DNA of 64,000 nucleotides. Source: Saccostrea echinata. Taxonomy: Eukaryota. Each line of letters opens with the position of its first letter. Position 1 is the first letter of the stretch. The DNA is taken from assembly GCF_033153115.1 (NCBI RefSeq), contig NW_026889760.1, positions 62,001-126,000 on the forward strand. The letters are read 5' to 3'. A model generated the notes under the pieces. That model was not told the DNA's origin. It saw only the letters and a program-made list of their open reading frames with translations, and did no database searches. Below are positions 1 to 14,600 of the stretch, piece after piece. Both the position numbers and the translations under genes were made by a program.

Positions 1-1195
1 TATATTTCAATGTAAAACTTGGGAATCCCTATTGTGCCCCCCCCCCCCCCATCCCCGGGGTCATGATTTGAACATTTTAGAGTGTACACTACTTGATGCT
101 TCCACATAAGTTTCAGCTTTTCTGGCTCAGTGGTTCTTGAAAAGAAGATTTTTCAAGATTTTTCCTATATATTTCAATGTAAAACTTGGGAATCCCTATT
201 GTGGCCCCGCCCTACCCCCCGGGGGTCATGATTTGAACAATTTAGTATCTACAATACCCCAGGATGCTTCCACATAAGTTTCAGTTTTTCTGGCTCAGTG
301 GTTCTTGAGAAGAAGATTTTTCAAGATTTTTCCTATATATTTCAATGTAAAACTTGGATTCCCTATTGTGGCCCCGCCCTACCCCAGGGGGTCATGATTT
401 TAACAATTTAGAATCTACACTACCCCAGGATGCTTCCACATAAGTTTCAGCTTTTCTGGCTCAGTGGTTCTTGAGAAGAAGATTTTTAAAGATTTTTCCT
501 ATATATTTCAATGTAAAACTTGTATTCCCTACTGTGGCCCCGCCCTACCCCCAGGGGTCATGATTTTAACAATTTAAAATCTACATTACCCCAGGATGCT
601 TCAACATAAGTTTCAGCTTTTCTGGCTCAGTGGTTCTTGAGAAGAAGATTTTTAAAGATTTTTCCTATATATTTCAATGTAAAACTTGTATTTCCTATTG
701 TGGCCCCGCCCTACCCCCGGGGGTCATGATTTGAACAATTTAGAATCAACACTACCCCAGGATGCTTCCACATAAGTTTCAGCTTTTCTGGCTCAGTGGT
801 TCTTGAGAAGAAGATTTTTCAAGATTTTTCCTATATATTTCAATGTAAAACTTGGATTCCCTATTGTGGCCCCGCCCTACCCCCGGGGGTCATGATTTTA
901 ACAATTTAGAATCTACACTATCCCAGGATGCTTCCATATAAGTTTCAGCTTTTCTGGCTCAGTGGTTCTTGAGAAGAAGATTTTTTTATGACCCCACCCT
1001 ATTTTTGTCTTTTCTTGATTATCTCCCCTTGAAAGGGGACTTGGCCCTTTATTTTAACAATTTAAACTCCCCTTCCCCCAAGGATACTTTGTACCAAGTT
1101 TGGTTAAAATTGGCCCAGTGGTTCTTGAGAAGAAGTTGAAAATGTGAAAAGTTTACAGACGGACGGACGGACAGACGGACGGACGACGGACAACG

Positions 1196-1240
<45 letters not shown>

Positions 1241-1243
1241 TAA
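1..1243 (-). mobile_element. Helentron/HINE-like non-autonomous element with an internal ~166-bp satellite array (Cg170-like), truncated by the window start
   Basis: About 6 tandem units with ~166-168 bp period. (GGAC) microsatellite at ~1157-1190. Terminal hairpin AGCTCACTTGAGCTTTCAGCTCAGGTGAGCTAA. Same family as 18107-19041 and 62141-63429. Confidence 0.85.
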
Positions 1244-2478
1244 AACCAGAAGTCTCTGACAAGACTGTGGCTCTAATGGTTGTACTTACAAAGGAAGATA
1301 AAAATAGCACTTGGACTTGAAACTTTGCAACAGCAATAATAGAATAATGATCCTTAGTTTAGTCTCTTTTTGTGGCAAGATTTATTGCAATCAGACTAAA
1401 ACTGTAGGAGGAGTAGCCTTTTGACAGAATTTTACAGAAATTTCGATTTAAGTAACCATGGCAACATCATTCAACAAAATCAAAAAAAAACAATAAGGAC
1501 AATTATGTATCTTAGTGTAGTCTACTTGTGTGCCAAGTTATACTGAAATCAGATCAAAACTGTAGGAGGAGTAGCATTTTGAAAGTATCTCAAGGAAATT
1601 TCTATATTTAGTAACCATGGCAACACCATTCATCGAAATCAAAAACCATTAAATAGAATTATGTATCTTAGTGTAGTCTACTTGTGTGCCAAGTTATAAT
1701 GAAATCAGATCAAAACTGTAGGAGGAGTAGCATTTTGAAAGTACCTCAAGGAAATTTCTATATTTAGTAACCATGGCAACACCATTCATCAAAATCGAAA
1801 AAAAAGCCGATGTACAGAATTATCTATCTTAGTGTAGTCTACTTGTGTGCTAAGTTATACTGAAATCAGACCAAAACTGTAGGAGGAGTAACATTTTGAA
1901 AGTATTACAGAGAAATTTCTATTTTTAGTAACCATGGCAACATCGTTCATCGAAATTAACAACCAATACACATAATTATGTATCTTAGTGTAGTTTACTT
2001 ATATGCTAAGTTTTATTGAAATCAGAACAAAACTGTACGATGAGTAGCATTTTGAAAGTTTTTCAAGGAAATTTCTATTTTTAGTAACCATGGCAACACC
2101 GTTCATCAAAATCAAAAACCGATAAACAGAATTATGTATCATAATATAGTCTACTTGTTTGCAAAGTTTTATTGAAATCAGACCAAAACTGTAGGAGGAG
2201 TAGTGTTTTGAATGTATTTCCCAGAAATCTCTATTTTTAGTAACCATGGCAACACCGTTCATCAAAATTAAAAACCGATACACAGAATTATGTATCTTAG
2301 TGTAGTCTACTTATGTGCCAAGTTATATTGAAATCAGATCAAAACTGTAGGAGGAGTAGCGTTTTGAAAAATTGTTTACAGACAGACAGACAGACAGCTA
2401 CATTGTAGACAGACGGATGGACGACGGACACCTTACTATCGCATAAGCTCTTCTGGTCTCTGACCAGTAGAGCTAAAA
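1244..2478 (-). mobile_element. Second HINE-like family with a ~157-bp internal tandem array
   Basis: AAAACTGTAGGAGGAGTAG-type motif recurs at ~1399, 1556, 1712, 1873, 2030, 2185, 2341. (GACA)n/(GGAC) microsatellite at 2378-2430. Terminal hairpin AGCTCTTCTGGTCTCTGACCAGTAGAGCTAAAA. Confidence 0.75.
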
Positions 2479-2644
2479 ACCAAACAAAGAAAAAAATGAT
2501 TATCAATTCAATCTCTCATCACTTTTTTCTTTTGTACAAAAAAGTCTTAATAGCTAACATAGTTAACAGGTCACTTTTTTAAAATCATTTCCCCCCCCCC
2601 CCTTTTCCTCCTCCCTCCTTCTTAAAATTATCAAGTCTCCTAAC

Positions 2645-5600
2645 CTTTGGTGTAAATGGCTGGTTTCCACTGAACTTTCTCTTGTGTCTTGTGGGCTGTG
2701 ACTGGCCATCTTTGTTTGCGGTCCCGTCTGAAAATATGGTAAATTTGTATGATCATTATCAATGGTGGTCATATTTACTTTTGAAAAGTTTTGATATTAA
2801 ACATTTTCTAAAGCACTATGCCTCCTGAAATTATCATGTTTTTATGATGGTGATAAATTGGCAATTGCAGTATGCTGTTAAATGACTTATATTATTAATT
2901 TAGAGTCTTGAGTCCTGACTACACGTATAACACAATTTGTATAGATCTCTTAATGAAAACCTCTAGTACTGCTGAGTAGGAGGTTTATACATGTATATAT
3001 CTGTACCATTGTCTGTCTGGGGACTATTCTGACAGGAATTGAAGCCACTGTTGGGGGAGCTAAAACAACTGCCCACTTCTGATGCTGTGTCTGTACTCTC
3101 ACTCCCGGGGCCCGAGGATGTGGTGGATTCTGGGAATTTGGTCTCAATTGTCAAGGGCTTTGTAAGATCTGATGATGCTGAAGCTCCCTCTTCCATCATG
3201 GTAATCTTGCTTTTGTCAACAATGTCTGAATTACCCTCTGTTTTCTTGTCTTCCACTGGAGCTTTGCTTTCTGAATTCTGATCTTGTTCCTCACTTAGTT
3301 TCTCCTCTACATTTGAAAGCACCTCAAGCTTTTTATTTTCTTCAGTCATTTTACTTTCACTCTCCACTTTACTTTCACTTTCCACATTACTTTCACTTTC
3401 CACTTTAGTTTCATTTTCCTGTTTACTTGCAGTGTCACTGTCTGAATCATCAACACAAATGATTTCCTCTGCAGGCTCAGAATTTTGTGTAGGACATGTT
3501 GAGGCTGTTTCCTGTTTCTTTGTGTCTGTACTGGTCCTCTGAACTGGTTCCTGTCCATTCTTAAATGCTAGTTTTCCCTGTTGCTTCACTGCGGCCAGGT
3601 ATTTATCTCTGTCCGCTGACGTCAGACCTGGATTTGTCACTTTGACCATCTGAAGTCAAACATAACGTAATAATATACATGTAGCTTAATATCTAATAAA
3701 TGATATATATATTACATGTACATCTCAGTTTTCGAACATCACTGAAATTAGGGGCAACTTGATAGGCATACATTTGTTTTTCAAAAGTATTGCTAATAAA
3801 TCATGATCATTTTTGATAAATTTCTATGCATATCATCTGTTTCTCATTTGTTTTAAACCTGAAGCCTTCTATTTTCCAAATATAAACAACCAGTAATTAA
3901 TTAAGATTATTTTAACCAAGTTGCACTGATCTAGCATGTGGCATTTAGCAATAAAATCAAAGATAAAAAAAATTTCTCTCTGACAAAACAGTGATAAAAC
4001 ATCTCATCACATATAATATGGGTGGACAAAGAATTTTTTCCACAACAGTGGACATTTTCATCACAATTCTTTTTACTCTGGGTTGCAATTTCAGAGATTA
4101 AACCTTAACATAATCTTTTAAAATATATATATTAGATTTACCCAAAATTCTAAAATATGGAGAGAATTTATCAATGAAATAAAAAAAAAAGAAGTGAGAG
4201 AAAAAAAAAATTAAACTGCAGATTTTACACATGTTATAAGGAGATTTTTCAGGTAAAGTCAGATGTTAGACTAGAGCATGCTGTTAAATGGTCAAGACAA
4301 ACATAAATTTTGAAGATATTTCTGCAACTCTCTCTGCATTTCTCCTTTTCCTAATTCCTGATCACTGTTTTTCAAGCTTACTTACTATTATATAGATATT
4401 CATGCAAAGACAACAATGCACACACACACAAACAACAACTACATGTACATCACACCACAGTTCATAGGTCAAGACACCACACCACACCACAGTTCATAGG
4501 TCAAGACATCACATCACAGTTCATAGGTCAAGATCTAATCATTCCATGCATAAAAATGCTACCATGGACAAAGAGGAAATCACTTCTAGTCATATTACAA
4601 AATATAAGGCACAAAATACAAACTAAAACTGTTTTCAAAGATCCTTAATATTTATCTTTTAAATTAATCAAAAAAAAAAAAAAAAAAAAAAAAAATTGAA
4701 TAGAACAATCTTCCACATCAAGTGCAGCAAAAGAAATTAAAGTAGATATCAAGTGACTTAAAAAAAAAAAATAAATAAAAGAGAAAGAAAAGAGAGGTTT
4801 CCTGATTAAGATAGGCACAACATCCCTTCTGCGTATTTTGTATCTACCTTGTTTTCCAGAAGCTTGGGTATAAAAGGAAAACAAATTATAAAAAAAATGA
4901 CTCAAAAGTCACAAAACATATTCAGCACACCTTTTCTCAACTTACATTGTAGATGAGAATAAACATCAAAGCTTTTTGTTCAAAGGATATATTTTCTATT
5001 CATGCATACAGCGAAGTACATCATACATAATCATACATAATTGTAAACTCCATACTTGCAGGTAGCAGAGAAATACATGTATCATGAGGATAAAGCTGCA
5101 GGACTTAAAAGATGATATTTAAAGATGAGAATGGAATAACATTATAAATATAAGATCAATCAAACACTTAAAAACACCATTAAGTATTGGTGCTTACTGT
5201 TATATATGAAAGAAAAAGTGAGCAAGCTCACATACCCCACGCTCCCCCAAAACTTGACAATGCAACATGTACTGTATTTATGAAATTATTTAAGGCAAAG
5301 CACCAATTTGAAGAGGGGGGGGGGGGGATGAGAACTATCCAAGATTTTGTGTGTGTGTGTGTCAAATCATTAATATTTTGATCTCAAAATCAATAGGGGT
5401 CTTTTAAGGTCATAAAATATTTCACATAAAATTTCATTACAAAGGCTGATTCCAGTGGATTTCCTTATTACCAAGCTGAAAAGTTTCTTCAATAATAGGC
5501 AAAACTCTTAGGGCAAAAATAAAGGAATCAGAATTTCCTAGTAATATGCACATCTACACACTGTTTACTAAATATCTGCAAAGTTTGACCAAATTCTGTG

Positions 5601-8600
5601 CAGTGGTTTAAGAGGAGTTGCGCTGTTCATCTGTTCATCTCTATATTCAAGATATGGCCAAAAATCTAAATTGAAAAGTGCCGAAATTCCCAGAAAAATA
5701 ACGGAATCGGAATTTCCTGGTAATATGCACATCTACACACTGAGTCCTAAATATCTGCAAAGTTTGACCAAATTCTGTGCAGCGGTTTATGAGGAGTTGC
5801 GCTGACAAACTGTTCATCTCTATATTCAAAATATGGCCAAAAATCTAAGTTGAAAAGTGCCGAAATTCCCAGAAAAATACTGGAATCGAAATTTTCTGGT
5901 AATATGCACATCTACACATTGTGTCCTAAATATCTGCAAAGTTTGACCAAATTCTGTGCAGCGGTTTATGAGGAGTTGCGCTGACAAAAAAACAGGACTG
6001 ACGGACGGACTGACGGGTCAAAAACATTATACCCCCCCGCAACTTGTTGCGTGGGGTATAATAAGATATTGTCAATGGTGCTTAGGACTTGAAAATTGTT
6101 ATCTGTTTTCTCTGAAATAGTAAATACACAACCTCACTAACCCTAGCAATATATTGGTGGTAAAAAAAAAAGTAACCTGACCCATTGAAAAAAAAACTAA
6201 TATTTAGTTATATATGCTACTGACAATCAGTAAAGTTTACAAAGGGAACTAGTTATAACCCCAACAGTTAGTAAACTGGTGCCCAGCTACAAACATACCA
6301 AGTCTGAGCCATCAGTGTTACTCATAACCTACAATATGTAAATTACATCTCAGAAAATCAGTCCTATTCCACAATACATCTCTTATTTATAGGCAGGGTA
6401 ATTCCAGCTTAATTATTTGACTGTGTATCTATTTACTCTCATAAACCAACATTTGAAAATTAAGTACATGTATTTATTTCATAAGTAATGGAAAAGAAAT
6501 GCAACATAATTAATTCTGGGTGACCATCAAAGTTAATCATAATGATTTAAAACAATGTACAGGTAATGATAAAACTTGGCCAGCAAGGCACCTAAGCAGT
6601 CAACCGACTGACTGATGTTGTAAAACATTATACTTAGGGCTATTCCAGGAAAAATTGTATGGGGGGGTTGGAAGGCACTTTTATTTTTACCCCACCACCC
6701 ATACATTTTTAATTACCTTCTACCCCACCCCCCATCAATTTAAAATTGCTTTTGATACAACCACCCATCTAAATTTAAAAAAAAAAAAATGTGTCACACA
6801 TATATATGCAATAAAATTTTATGTACTTTTTTCAGGTATTGTAATTTATCTGACTTCGAATGAGTGTTGGGTTTTGACATCTATCCAACGAGGGCCTGTT
6901 TTACAAAAGAACTTATGACCAAGATCAAAATGTTATTATGCAAATAAATTTCTTTTTTGCATTACTTTAAAAATGTTTTAAATCTTTTTGAAAAAAAATA
7001 AGATAGTTTTATGCGAACAATTTTTAACAGAAACATAAGTTTTGTAAGCTTTTATGAACAACTAAAGTTTTTACTCTTAGTAATAAGTTTTTTTGTAAAA
7101 CAGTTCCCCATGTTCCTGCTACAGCTTAAAAAAAATATGTTCCTTTAGGCCTATGATACACACCACTGAAAGCCTTTATTATAGTGATTTGTATATCTGT
7201 TCTGATGCATGACTTTGTAATCTGTAAAGCTTAGGTAAAGCTTTTACAAGTATGTATACACATGTACTAGTAGAAATGACATTCCTACAATTAATTAAAA
7301 TTAATATTGTAAATTATAGCCTAGCTATCCTTAACAATTGTTGTTCACCTTGTTCATAACAAAACGATTCCTGCTTTTTTTTTTTTTTTTTTTTTTTTTT
7401 TTGGGGGGGGGGGGGAGGGGTACTAAACTTCTGTAGGCAGTGTCTGTGAAGTGAAAACTTTGATTAAAAAAATATATTTAATGAATCCCATCTAACAACT
7501 TAGACCATTGGTGCATACAAATTCTACAAGTTAACACTTTACAGGTTAAGGACTGGCATGTTTTTGACATAATATATTTCATATTACTCTGTATGTGGTA
7601 TAAAGTAAAATATTTGACTTGCAAACTCCGTAGTCATGCTCTAAAACGTTCATTATCAGATACGTTTTTTTTTCTACTTTCGGTTTAAAATAAAACGATC
7701 TTTCTGATTGTTTCTAATATCATTTAATTTACCAATGTAATCATGTTTGATTAAACTGGCGAAAAGAAACTAGACCAGGGAGTCCAAAGCACAACTAATC
7801 CGTTTTCCAATCCCCCACTGTCATTGCAGTTACAGTTGCACATGCTTTTATAGTTATCTGCCCTTGTTTCCGTTTTGTTCGATTCTACTTTCACTTTCAA
7901 TGAAAACACACTTTACAACTGTTTAGGACGAAAATATCAGTATTTACCGATTTATACAAAATGAGAGGAAAGAAGTACTTTGCACTTGATTATTTGTGAG
8001 GGTAGATACAACCACCCAAGGCATCTAAAAATATATCGAGTGAGGACAACCACCCATACAGATTTAATTGCTCCAGACCCACTACCCATACAAAAATATA
8101 TGAAGTGAAGTGCCGTCCAACCCTCCCGTACATTTTTTCCTGGAATAGCCCTTAGTAATTATAAATTGTAACTGAAAGCATTCCATAAATTAATGAAAAA
8201 CAACTTTTGATTTTTGGTGGATATCAAATACTGAAAAAGCAAAAATATTTGTTGAGGATTAAATTTTGTTTATTTCATTGTTAACAATTAATTATCAAAG
8301 AATTAAATCCCAAATGAAATTTTTGTATGGTTATATACATGATATACATGTACTGAATATGGCTACTTTTGAAACAACAAAATTAAACCCCCATGTAACC
8401 ATTTTCGATCATAAATCAACAAAATTTTATCCCATTGAAAATCTCTGCCTCTACAATACTTTCTACAGTTATTTGCTACATTAATTAAGAGCATAGTAAA
8501 TATATTTTCATATATTCTCCAAAATTTTACATCCAATCATACTTTTGTTTTATGCTTCCACCTAGTAAACTCTAAACACCCCCCCCCCCCAACCCCATCG

Positions 8601-11600
8601 CAAAAATATCTTTTCAATGCAATGATTTCTGCAGATGATGTAAGTCGTGTGTAAAGGTTTCTATAACTGCAATATAATCAGTAAAAACACCATGCAAAGC
8701 TTCTAACACCACTGATGAGAGCCTACCTGTTGTAACGTCTCCAGAACTATCTGTCTATTAGTCTTCAGTGTGGCCAGTTTGTGTTCGTATAGAGACCGTT
8801 TGTCTGGGACCACGGCCATTAAGTTGTAACGTATGTCATGATAGGGCTCTCTGTAAAGATATATATCACACAGTGCTTGAAATATATAAAATATATATAC
8901 TCTTGAATAAGCACAGTGTAAAACATAGGTAATCAGAGATTACAGAGCCCACCTCAACAAATGTTGTCTCTAAGTAAGGCAAAGTCCCACACTAAACTAA
9001 TAATCTAGTGGTGTGCATCCCTAGATGCAACATTTATGCAATTTTGGTCTGATAGGGCTTGCAGTTACTTGGGAATGGACTTATCTAAAAACTTAAAACT
9101 AGTCACTCATCCAGAAAATGTAAGTCAACAGTGGCGTATATTCCTTTCTGCTAATGTGTAGGCTAATGTGAAGTCACATATTTCACCTGAAACAGGAATT
9201 GCTGGTAGGCAAGGAGGGAGTCGCTCACCCTCAGTGGAAGGTGGGGGTCGGAGAACCATGTAAAAGTTGAATAGGCATAAAAGTGTGGATTGCTAAAAAT
9301 ACTTTTATTGCATTTGATGAAAAAATATTCTAGTAAACTTATAAATAAATAAGATTTATGATCAACTTTCCCCCATTTTTCAACCAAATACATGTATAAA
9401 TATAATATTTTTTACATCAAGAAAATGATGTGTAGGCTACAGCCTTTTTGCCTTATGGAATATACACCATTGGTCAAATCCAGCATCTGAAGCAAGTTTG
9501 AGAGTGTTCATCTCTTGATGCATCATCCATGCAAGTTTGAAGATGTATCATGCATGCAAGTTTGGTCAATATAGGGCTTATAGTTACTTGGAAATAAGAT
9601 CTGCCCCAAAAACTTTAACCTGGTCACTCATCCAGAAAATATAGGTCAAATCCAGCATCTGAAGCAAGTCCAGTAGTGTGAATCCTTAGATGTATCATCC
9701 ATGCAAGTTTGGTCAACATAGGAATTAAAGTTACTAGGAAATGAGATCTGCTCCAAAAACTTTAACCTGTTCACTCATCCAGAAAATATAGGTCAGATCC
9801 AGCATCTGAAGCAAGTCCAGTAGTGTGAATCCTTAGATGTATCATCCATGCAAGTTTGGTCAACATAGGAATTAAAGTTACTTGGAAATGAGATCTGCTC
9901 CAAAAACTTTAATCTGGTCACTCATCTGGAAAATATAGGTCAGATCCAGCATCTGAAGCAAGTCCAGTAGTGTGCATCCTTAGTTGTATCATCCATGCAA
10001 GTTTGGTCAACATAGGAATTAAAGTTACTAGGAAATGAAATCTGCTCCAAAAAACTTTAACCTGGTCACTCATCCACAAAATGTAGGTCAGATCCAGCAT
10101 TCAAAGCAAGTTCAGTAGTGTGCATCCTTAGATGTATCATCCATGCAAGTTTGTTCAATATAGGGCCTATAGTTACTTGGAAATGAGACCTGCTCCTGAC
10201 CAAAAATATTAACCTGGTCATTCTTTAGCTGAAATTGCAGCATCTGAAACCTTGACTGGTGCAATGAAACACACTAGAAGCATCCCCCATGCATCTCTGA
10301 TTAATATAGGGCATAGAAGTATGTGTACTTGAAAAGAAAACTGCTCCAAAAACTCTAACCTGGGACGCCAACGCTGACGCCGATGGTATTACATAAGCTC
10401 CCCCAACTTTGCTGGGGTGAGCTAATAAAAATTACTAAATGTTTCATATCATATCAGTCAAATGAATCTCAGTTACATGTATACTGAATTGGTTTCCATT
10501 AGTACTGTGGATACTTAAAAAAATGGAAAACAAAAGTGGGGGGGGCTTTTAGATCTACAACTTCTCTCCACAGGTTGATTTGCATTAAAACTTTGGCATC
10601 AATTTCTTAGAACATGTCACAGGAGGGAACACTTATTCAGATTAAATATGACAGGGAGGGATGATTTAAGGGGCATGGATGCTTAATGGAGGGAAACCAA
10701 TCACAGACAAGGTCACAGAATTATATACCCAGTCCATTTTACAGTAGTCAATGATTTCTCGTTGATTTGAAAAAGATTAACATGAAGGTATTTAACCAAA
10801 ACAGCAGTAAATTACAAGCAGGGGGTAACAGAAGATCAGTAAGTCCAAATGTAACATGGCGAACAACAAAAGAAGGGACAGGGAAATGAATGCAGAGGAT
10901 TTGGTGCAATACGGGTGGGAAAAACAGTAAGGAGGAATAAAGAAACTGTATAAAGGTTTGTTGATTGTTTTCACCCCAAGAACACTGGATTTCATACTAA
11001 ACATACATGTATTCAGTAAATATGTGCACTAAATATATACACTCAAATCTCATTATCTGGAACTAGATGAGACTGAGAAAAAAGAGAGATATCCGAGGGT
11101 TCAAGATAATAAGGGTAAAACACTTAAAGAATAAGTGGATGGGACTTTCAAATCATGATCAACATATCCATGGTATCTGAGATACCAGTGCTCCAGAAAA
11201 CAAAGTTTAACTGAGTGTTTGTAAGTAAATCGTATTTTACCCTCCCGTGGCCATGCCCAATCTCTCTGTGATAACTCTTCTGAACTTCTCTGTCCAGTAT
11301 TCATCTCTCTCCCATGGACCTGGGAAATCAATATACAGATGTTGTAAGTATACAAAGTATTAAAAAAAAAATTCACCAAGTGTACGAAAAAATTCAGGAG
11401 AATTTTTTGCATAGTCTCCATCTTGTCTTTATTCTAAATGGCTGAATCTAAAGGTGGCTAAATTAACGCTGGCTACATTACTCCAAAGTATATGTATCAA
11501 AATGCTTTTCAGTAATTTTTGAAAATTGCCAAAATTATCATTTAAAATAGTTTTTGAAAAATAACATGAGATAATAATATGATCCATTCTCAAAATTAAT

Positions 11601-14600
11601 TTAGTATAAGTAAAGATAACATTATGTTTAAATATCATTAGAAATCCATGTAGCTGTCTATATACCCAGTATGAGATTATACTGTATTGCTAGCCTAATG
11701 AAAACATCAAAATAATTCTCTTATTTAACATACCCAACTAAAAAAATCTATCAATGAAGATTACTTTGGAGAGAAATAATTATAGAATTGCTAAATGTTT
11801 CAGTATCATAACAAATCCAAACAATTACTAGTTTTATAGTAATTATCCGTCTATCAGTAATAAGAAAAACACAAGATCATTCATTAAGGCATACTACCGT
11901 GATCTATAGGGTAAGGCTTCAATCCATCCAGTTCAAATAACCGGCCATTAATGGGGACATAACTGACATAATGGAAGGCCTCCATAGTTCTCACCGTGGA
12001 CAATCCCTGTTGCTTCTCTGGTGGGTGACGAGGCTCAGGTCTAAAGAAAATGTCCCAAGTTCTTTAACTCAGTGAAATACATGTACTGTATAGTATGCAT
12101 TAGAAGTTGCAAACTCATTCAATCTTTTAATTTTAAAGGCTATATCTAATTACTGTAGATCACCAGATTTTTGCGACACCTTTATTTTAATGAGAAAGGT
12201 ATTTGGTATTTATAAGCGAGACAAAGTTTTCAAGAATTCTCGTTATTGTTGTATTTAGGCTATAATTTTAATAAAAATTATGTGAGAATAATTTTTTGTT
12301 AGCAGACAGTCTCACCTAATTACATGAAAATAATTTTTTTGCGAATAAAAAGTAATTTACAGTACTGTAGATATGAAAACACTAAAAACCTTGCATGACT
12401 GTTGTGAGCTGAAGCTAAAGCTGGCATGTTTCCTATGGCTACACCTTTATCCTGTATAAACAAAAACAGTGTAGAAATTTGAGATTTGAAATGCACATAC
12501 ATGTAACTGTTGAAAATGCAATAATGATATTCTGACAGCTACACGTTTGGTAAATAAATGTACATGTACAAAAATACACAATTGTTAAAATTTATCACAT
12601 TTGCACATACTCTGGTAAAAAATTCTAATCCAGATAAAATGTAAACACAATTATTGCTGAAAAGTTAAAAATCAATCTTGTATGGTAAATATATTTAATT
12701 TATAAAATATTTCTTTAAATATTTTGTTGCTATTTTTTTTTTTTTTGGACAGAGGCCTTCATATTTTGCTGACCTCTGGTCCCATTCCTCTGGAGAATTC
12801 CTTCAGTTTAGACAGAGCCTCCCCCAGCTTGACTCTCTCATCACAGTTCAGCAGCACACTCAGCAAGGCATGGGTGGCACAGGAGTTAGGTATCACCTAC
12901 AGTAAAGTCAAGCATACAATGTCAGGAGTAAGGTATCACCTACAGTAAAATCCAACATACAACAATAGAACACAGAACTTAGGTATCACCTTCATGTAAC
13001 AATGGTAATGTTAAACATACAATGTCATCACCTATGTGTCACAATGGTAAAGACAAACATACAATGTCATCACCTACATGTACCAAGTAACAACAGTAAA
13101 GTCAAACAGTCAGCTATCACCTAACAACAGTCTTGTCAAACATATTAAAAATGTGCTGGAATTAGATGTCACCTACCAACAGGAAAGTCACACATAGAAT
13201 AATAGTATGTGGGAGTTAGATGTCACTTAACAACGGTCTCTTGAAATGTTCTCACAACTAAAACCTTATGATGTTATTTTAACAAAATAATTTAATAACC
13301 TGTTTGTACAACTTTTATCTAACATCTGTACATGTTGCAGAGTTTTAAAAATGTCGCTTTAAATGTTCTCACAACTCAAACCTTATAATGTTAATTATTA
13401 TTTTGATAAACTAATAATTAATAAATAACCTGTTGTGCAAAGAAAATGTTGTTGACAACATTCTCATCCTGTACAAACGATTCTTCTTCCGTTGTTGTTT
13501 TACGTCGACTTCTTCTTTCCTCAATCCATCGGAACAGGAAAATGAACCCATACGCAGTCCTGAAAAGGTTATGATAAATAACATACATACTTAACATTTG
13601 AACATACAATTCATTTCAAACATATAACATGTATACAGGTGCAAGATAAGAGTTAATTAACATATATTTAAAAAAGTTCCAAGTTCAGTGCGCATATGTA
13701 CATTAGCTTGCTTATTTTGTAAGAATGTATCTGAATACAGATGCTGAGTAAAACAAATTGAAAACAGATTTAAGGAGGTTGGATCCTGCCATCAAAAGTA
13801 ATGAGAATTTTTTATCAAGTATATTTTTAGAATTTATACACATAGCTTTATTAAAAATCAAAACAAAAAATGGGGGTCAATGCGCTTCTTTTGGCGCTAC
13901 AGAGCATTTAGTTTGACCTTTTTGCACTGTAAATACGTCTTACACATAAATCAATTTTTAAAGTTTTTCCTTCAATATTTTTTGTTCAAATAAATTATGG
14001 TGAACAAACACAGTCTTATTTCATCTTAAATAGACACATTAAAATTTGTAACAACGAAGAAATTTTTGAATTACTCCGCATGTTCAATTATTTGACCTTT
14101 TTGCACTCAAACATTTTCATTTTTCTGGTATTAAAATTTAACAAGCAAAAAAAATCATTTGAAAGTAATGACATTTTACTGAATTTAAGAAGAATGATTA
14201 AAAGTATCGTATATATTCAGAAAAGAAAATTAAAAGTGGGGGTCTGTGATGTTAATTTTTAGATATTACTAAAATAGTGCTAATTTTAAGCTGAAATTAG
14301 GGCTATTTTTTTCTTCATTTCCACAATATATTTGCTATATTTATCAAATATGATGATAGAATTCATGACAGTTTTTTTAATAGATAATTTAGGACCAGTA
14401 TAAAACAGTTCACTGCACAAAAGAACTATGTGTGCAGACTACATGTAAAAATAGGAATCCAAACTTAACATACTTTTAATTCTTCGAAAGAGAAAAAATG
14501 ATCATTTTCTTCTAAAAAACCTTCCGCCACAAAATATAGTTCCTCACTTAATGCTTTTGGTATGGAATTTAATCATGGAGTTTTAACTGAATATAGTTAA

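Noticed and set aside
2963-3006. ORF-track stop at 2963 suggesting a truncated BAP1
   Set aside because: A donor at 3006 and an in-phase exon at 2645-2727 (..FTPK) continue the protein.
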